Assembly: GCA_963845145.1 (NCBI GenBank)
Contig: CAWJQU010000002.1
Coordinates: forward strand, 96,001 to 160,000
Source of the DNA: an uncultured delta proteobacterium
GTDB lineage: Bacteria > Desulfobacterota > Desulfobacteria > Desulfobacterales > QNYZ01
Direction of reading: 5' to 3'
DNA: 64,000 nucleotides
Position numbers and translations under genes: made by a program. Of this stretch, positions 61,552-64,000 are shown piece by piece (the first letter of the stretch is position 1; every line of letters starts with the position of its first letter). Under the pieces are notes generated by a model. That model saw nothing but the letters and a program-made list of their open reading frames with translations, ran no database searches and was not told the DNA's origin.

Positions 61552-62340
61552 TCACACCTTATAGGCCACTTGGAGGTGATGGTTGAATGGATTTTCCTCA
61601 ATCCGGCATTCAACATCAAACAGTTGCTGCAGGTAAGCTTCGGTTAAAGTTACCTGGGTGGGCCCATGTGCCATTATTTTTCCCTTTTGCATAAATATCA
61701 GATAGTCACAAAACATGGCGGCCAGATTGATCTCTTGAAAGACGCTGATCACGGTACCGCCTTTTTCTACCCGTTTTCCCGCCAGGGTTAGCAGCGCCAA
61801 AGCATGATTTATATCGAGATTGGCCGTGGCTTCATCCAAAAAAAGTACGGGGGTTTGTTGGGCTAAAGCACGGGCGAAAACCACCCGTTGCCGTTCTCCA
61901 CCACTTAATTGGTTGATTCGACGATTGGCGAAGCGTTGGATATCAGTATCCCTCATAATTTTGCGGATGATGTTGTGGTCTGTTTTTCCAGGATTCGAAA
62001 AACGTGACAGATGGGGATAACGCCCCATGGCGACCACTTCACGTACTGTAAACGGAAAATTAATACTATAGAGCTGCGGCACGAGCGCTATCTGGCGGGC
62101 CAGTTTCTTTGGCCGATAGGTTGAGACCGTTTGGCCAAGGTAGCATACGTCGCCGTGGGTCGGTCTGATTTGTCCCATTAGCAGGTCAATTAGCGTCGTT
62201 TTGCCGCAACCGTTGGGGCCGATAACACCATAAAAATGTCCCTCATCAAGTGACATGGAGATACCATTAATGATGGGGTCACCCTGGGCCGCACGGCCAT
62301 AAGAAAAAGCCAGGTCTGACATCTCAAACAGGGGTGCCAT
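61552..62340 (-). CDS. ABC transporter ATP-binding protein (BtuD/FecE class)
   Basis: GPNGCGKTT, VPQ, MGRYP, LSGGERQR, LDEAT. Confidence 0.92.
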   Translation of the reverse strand: MAPLFEMSDLAFSYGRAAQGDPIINGISMSLDEGHFYGVIGPNGCGKTTLIDLLMGQIRPTHGDVCYLGQTVSTYRPKKLARQIALVPQLYSINFPFTVREVVAMGRYPHLSRFSNPGKTDHNIIRKIMRDTDIQRFANRRINQLSGGERQRVVFARALAQQTPVLFLDEATANLDINHALALLTLAGKRVEKGGTVISVFQEINLAAMFCDYLIFMQKGKIMAHGPTQVTLTEAYLQQLFDVECRIEENPFNHHLQVAYKV

Positions 62341-62341
62341 T

Positions 62342-63412
62342 TTACATTCCCCCCGTCCGTTGCCGTTTCCAGAAAATATAGCAGAACAAAGGGCCGCCGC
62401 CCAAAGCGGTAATCACCCCAATGGGAACTTCATAGGGAAGTACCGCGCGCGTAATGGTATCGGCAGCCAATAGCAAGATGGCCCCAAAAAGCAGTGAAAG
62501 CGGAATCAAGGTGCGATTGTCCGGGCCGGCCAGCATACGCATCATATGGGGCACCAATAGCCCGACGAATCCGATAATTCCGGATACTGCCACACAGATA
62601 GCCGATACCATCGAGGCGCATACCAGCAGAATCAAGCGTACCTTTTGGGTGTCGACGCCTAACGACGCGGCGCTTCTATGCCCCAGGGCCATCAGGTTAA
62701 GGTCGCGGCTCCAATAAATGGTAACGCCCACCGCAAAGCTGACAGCGACACTGAGTAAAGCCACATCTGCCCAGGTTTTGGCGGCAAAGCTACCCATAAT
62801 CCAGAAAATGATCACCGCTACCTGCTCGTCAGCCATAAATTTTACAAAACTTATCCCGGCCGAAAGGATTGAAGCGACAATGATACCTGACAATATTAAA
62901 TTATTATGCGAAAGGCCGCCCGCCGACGAAGAGAGGAATATAACGAAAAAGAGGGTCCCTATCGCGCCGAAAAAGGCAAATAGCGGCACCGATGCCAAGG
63001 ATGCGGTGGCCAGATTCATCAATAGGGCTACTGCCGCCCCAAAGGCGGCCCCCGACGAAACCCCCAACGTATAAGGATCGGCCAATGGATTTAACAAAAT
63101 ACCCTGAAAAACAACACCAGCCATCGCCAGACCGGCGCCAACCAACACCGCACTCAATATACGCGGCAAGCGGACTTCCCAAACGACCGTAGATAAAAGC
63201 GGATCGGTATCCGCGAGCCATTGGGATTGGGCAAAGATCTTGGCCAGAACAATGCGCGCCACATCGCCTGAAGAGATCCGGATATAACCCATACCCATGG
63301 CACTCACCAGAAGGACCGCCAAAGCCAGACACAACAGTGCCCCCCATACCGCCCACCGATGGGGGGAGGCGGTGTAAGTCTGCACATTTTTATCTGTTTC
63401 TGCTTTATTCAT
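62342..63412 (-). CDS. ABC transporter permease (FecCD/BtuC class)
   Basis: RLPRI, NPLADPYTLGVSSGA, AASLGV, GIIGFVGLLVPH, PIGVITA. Confidence 0.93.
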   Translation of the reverse strand: MNKAETDKNVQTYTASPHRWAVWGALLCLALAVLLVSAMGMGYIRISSGDVARIVLAKIFAQSQWLADTDPLLSTVVWEVRLPRILSAVLVGAGLAMAGVVFQGILLNPLADPYTLGVSSGAAFGAAVALLMNLATASLASVPLFAFFGAIGTLFFVIFLSSSAGGLSHNNLILSGIIVASILSAGISFVKFMADEQVAVIIFWIMGSFAAKTWADVALLSVAVSFAVGVTIYWSRDLNLMALGHRSAASLGVDTQKVRLILLVCASMVSAICVAVSGIIGFVGLLVPHMMRMLAGPDNRTLIPLSLLFGAILLLAADTITRAVLPYEVPIGVITALGGGPLFCYIFWKRQRTGGM

Positions 63413-63451
63413 AACCGCTATTCCCACTGACAAGGTCGCCCCTTCAAAAAC

Positions 63452-64000
63452 TTAATGGGCCAACTTTATCCCCGCATCGTGCGCCGCATCTCTAATATGA
63501 TCGACAAAAATCTGCGCGAAAGCGTCATTGGTTCCCAAACCTTCCAGAATGGGAATGACCTCAAACCCGTCTTTGGCCAAAATCGATTTCCACGAATCAT
63601 CTTCACTACCGGCCATATCGTTAACGGCATGATCGCCGGCAACAATCATAAAAGGTTTCAACACAACTTTGCCGCCTTTAAAGTGCTTTAAATAGCGCTG
63701 GACATCATCAACCCCCGGATACCCCTCAACCGCACCGATAAAGATCTCCACGCCCGGATAGAGTTCACGCATCATTTTGGCTGCTTCACCGTAAATACCC
63801 GTGGACCAATAATCGTTGCCATGGGCCATATAGACCAGTTTGGCATTATTTTTTCGGGCCAGTTCAACATCTAAGGCCAGCGTCTCGAGGCTTTTTTTAA
63901 GATCTTCGCGATAGTCATAATGGACACCCATCATGCCAAGCGCCGGTCGCCCAAGTGCTATTTTTTGAAAAGGCATCCATCGCTTCTTAGTGGTGCGGAT
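63452..64000 (-). CDS. cbiK: sirohydrochlorin cobaltochelatase CbiK; N-terminus beyond the window
   Basis: MAHGN, GAVEGYP, PFMIVAGDHAVNDMAG, SWKS, GLG. Frame is open to the window edge. Confidence 0.92.
   Translation of the reverse strand: MRTTKKRWMPFQKIALGRPALGMMGVHYDYREDLKKSLETLALDVELARKNNAKLVYMAHGNDYWSTGIYGEAAKMMRELYPGVEIFIGAVEGYPGVDDVQRYLKHFKGGKVVLKPFMIVAGDHAVNDMAGSEDDSWKSILAKDGFEVIPILEGLGTNDAFAQIFVDHIRDAAHDAGIKLAH

Overview
Chromosomal window, mostly housekeeping genes, from what looks like an anaerobic sulfate-reducer-type bacterium (Desulfobacterota-like; inferred from the CobA-HemD fusion, IspH-UbiA fusion, CbiK-ABC-cbi operon, selA and hemerythrin). In order: a 5'-truncated 7TM-HD phosphodiesterase, ybeY, tsaE, lysC; pyrF and rfbB; selA, a degenerate GGDEF-TPR gene, a zinc ribbon, hemC, cobA/hemD, moaA; hemerythrin, NfeD/SPFH, fadH, copA/copZ; a PilZ gene with a sigma54-type promoter; tRNA-Ala(GGC); dodecin; a stand-alone EF-G; an M48 peptidase; parA-parB-NYN-DUF3842-CooT-ispH/ubiA-Smr-MFS-HAD/PurM-like; two Hsp20 genes and lon; rlpA and recD2; a transporter/USP/histidine kinase/receiver/USP/CMP-kinase-like module; and an anaerobic cobalamin operon running off the right end. 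I saw no CRISPR array, prophage, integrase or transposase. Best leads: (1) the transporter-USP-two-component module, whose kinase has a Rossmann-like N-terminal input domain; (2) a 163-bp fully palindromic element inside that module; (3) a 15-nt repeat tract that puts the SD-preceded ATG of lon out of frame; (4) a cbiG/cbiH junction with no canonical cbiH start; (5) uncharacterised fusions (HAD+PurM-like, IspH+UbiA); (6) a Gate-domain membrane protein in a cbi operon that lacks cbiJ. All assignments come from reading motifs by eye; no searches were run.
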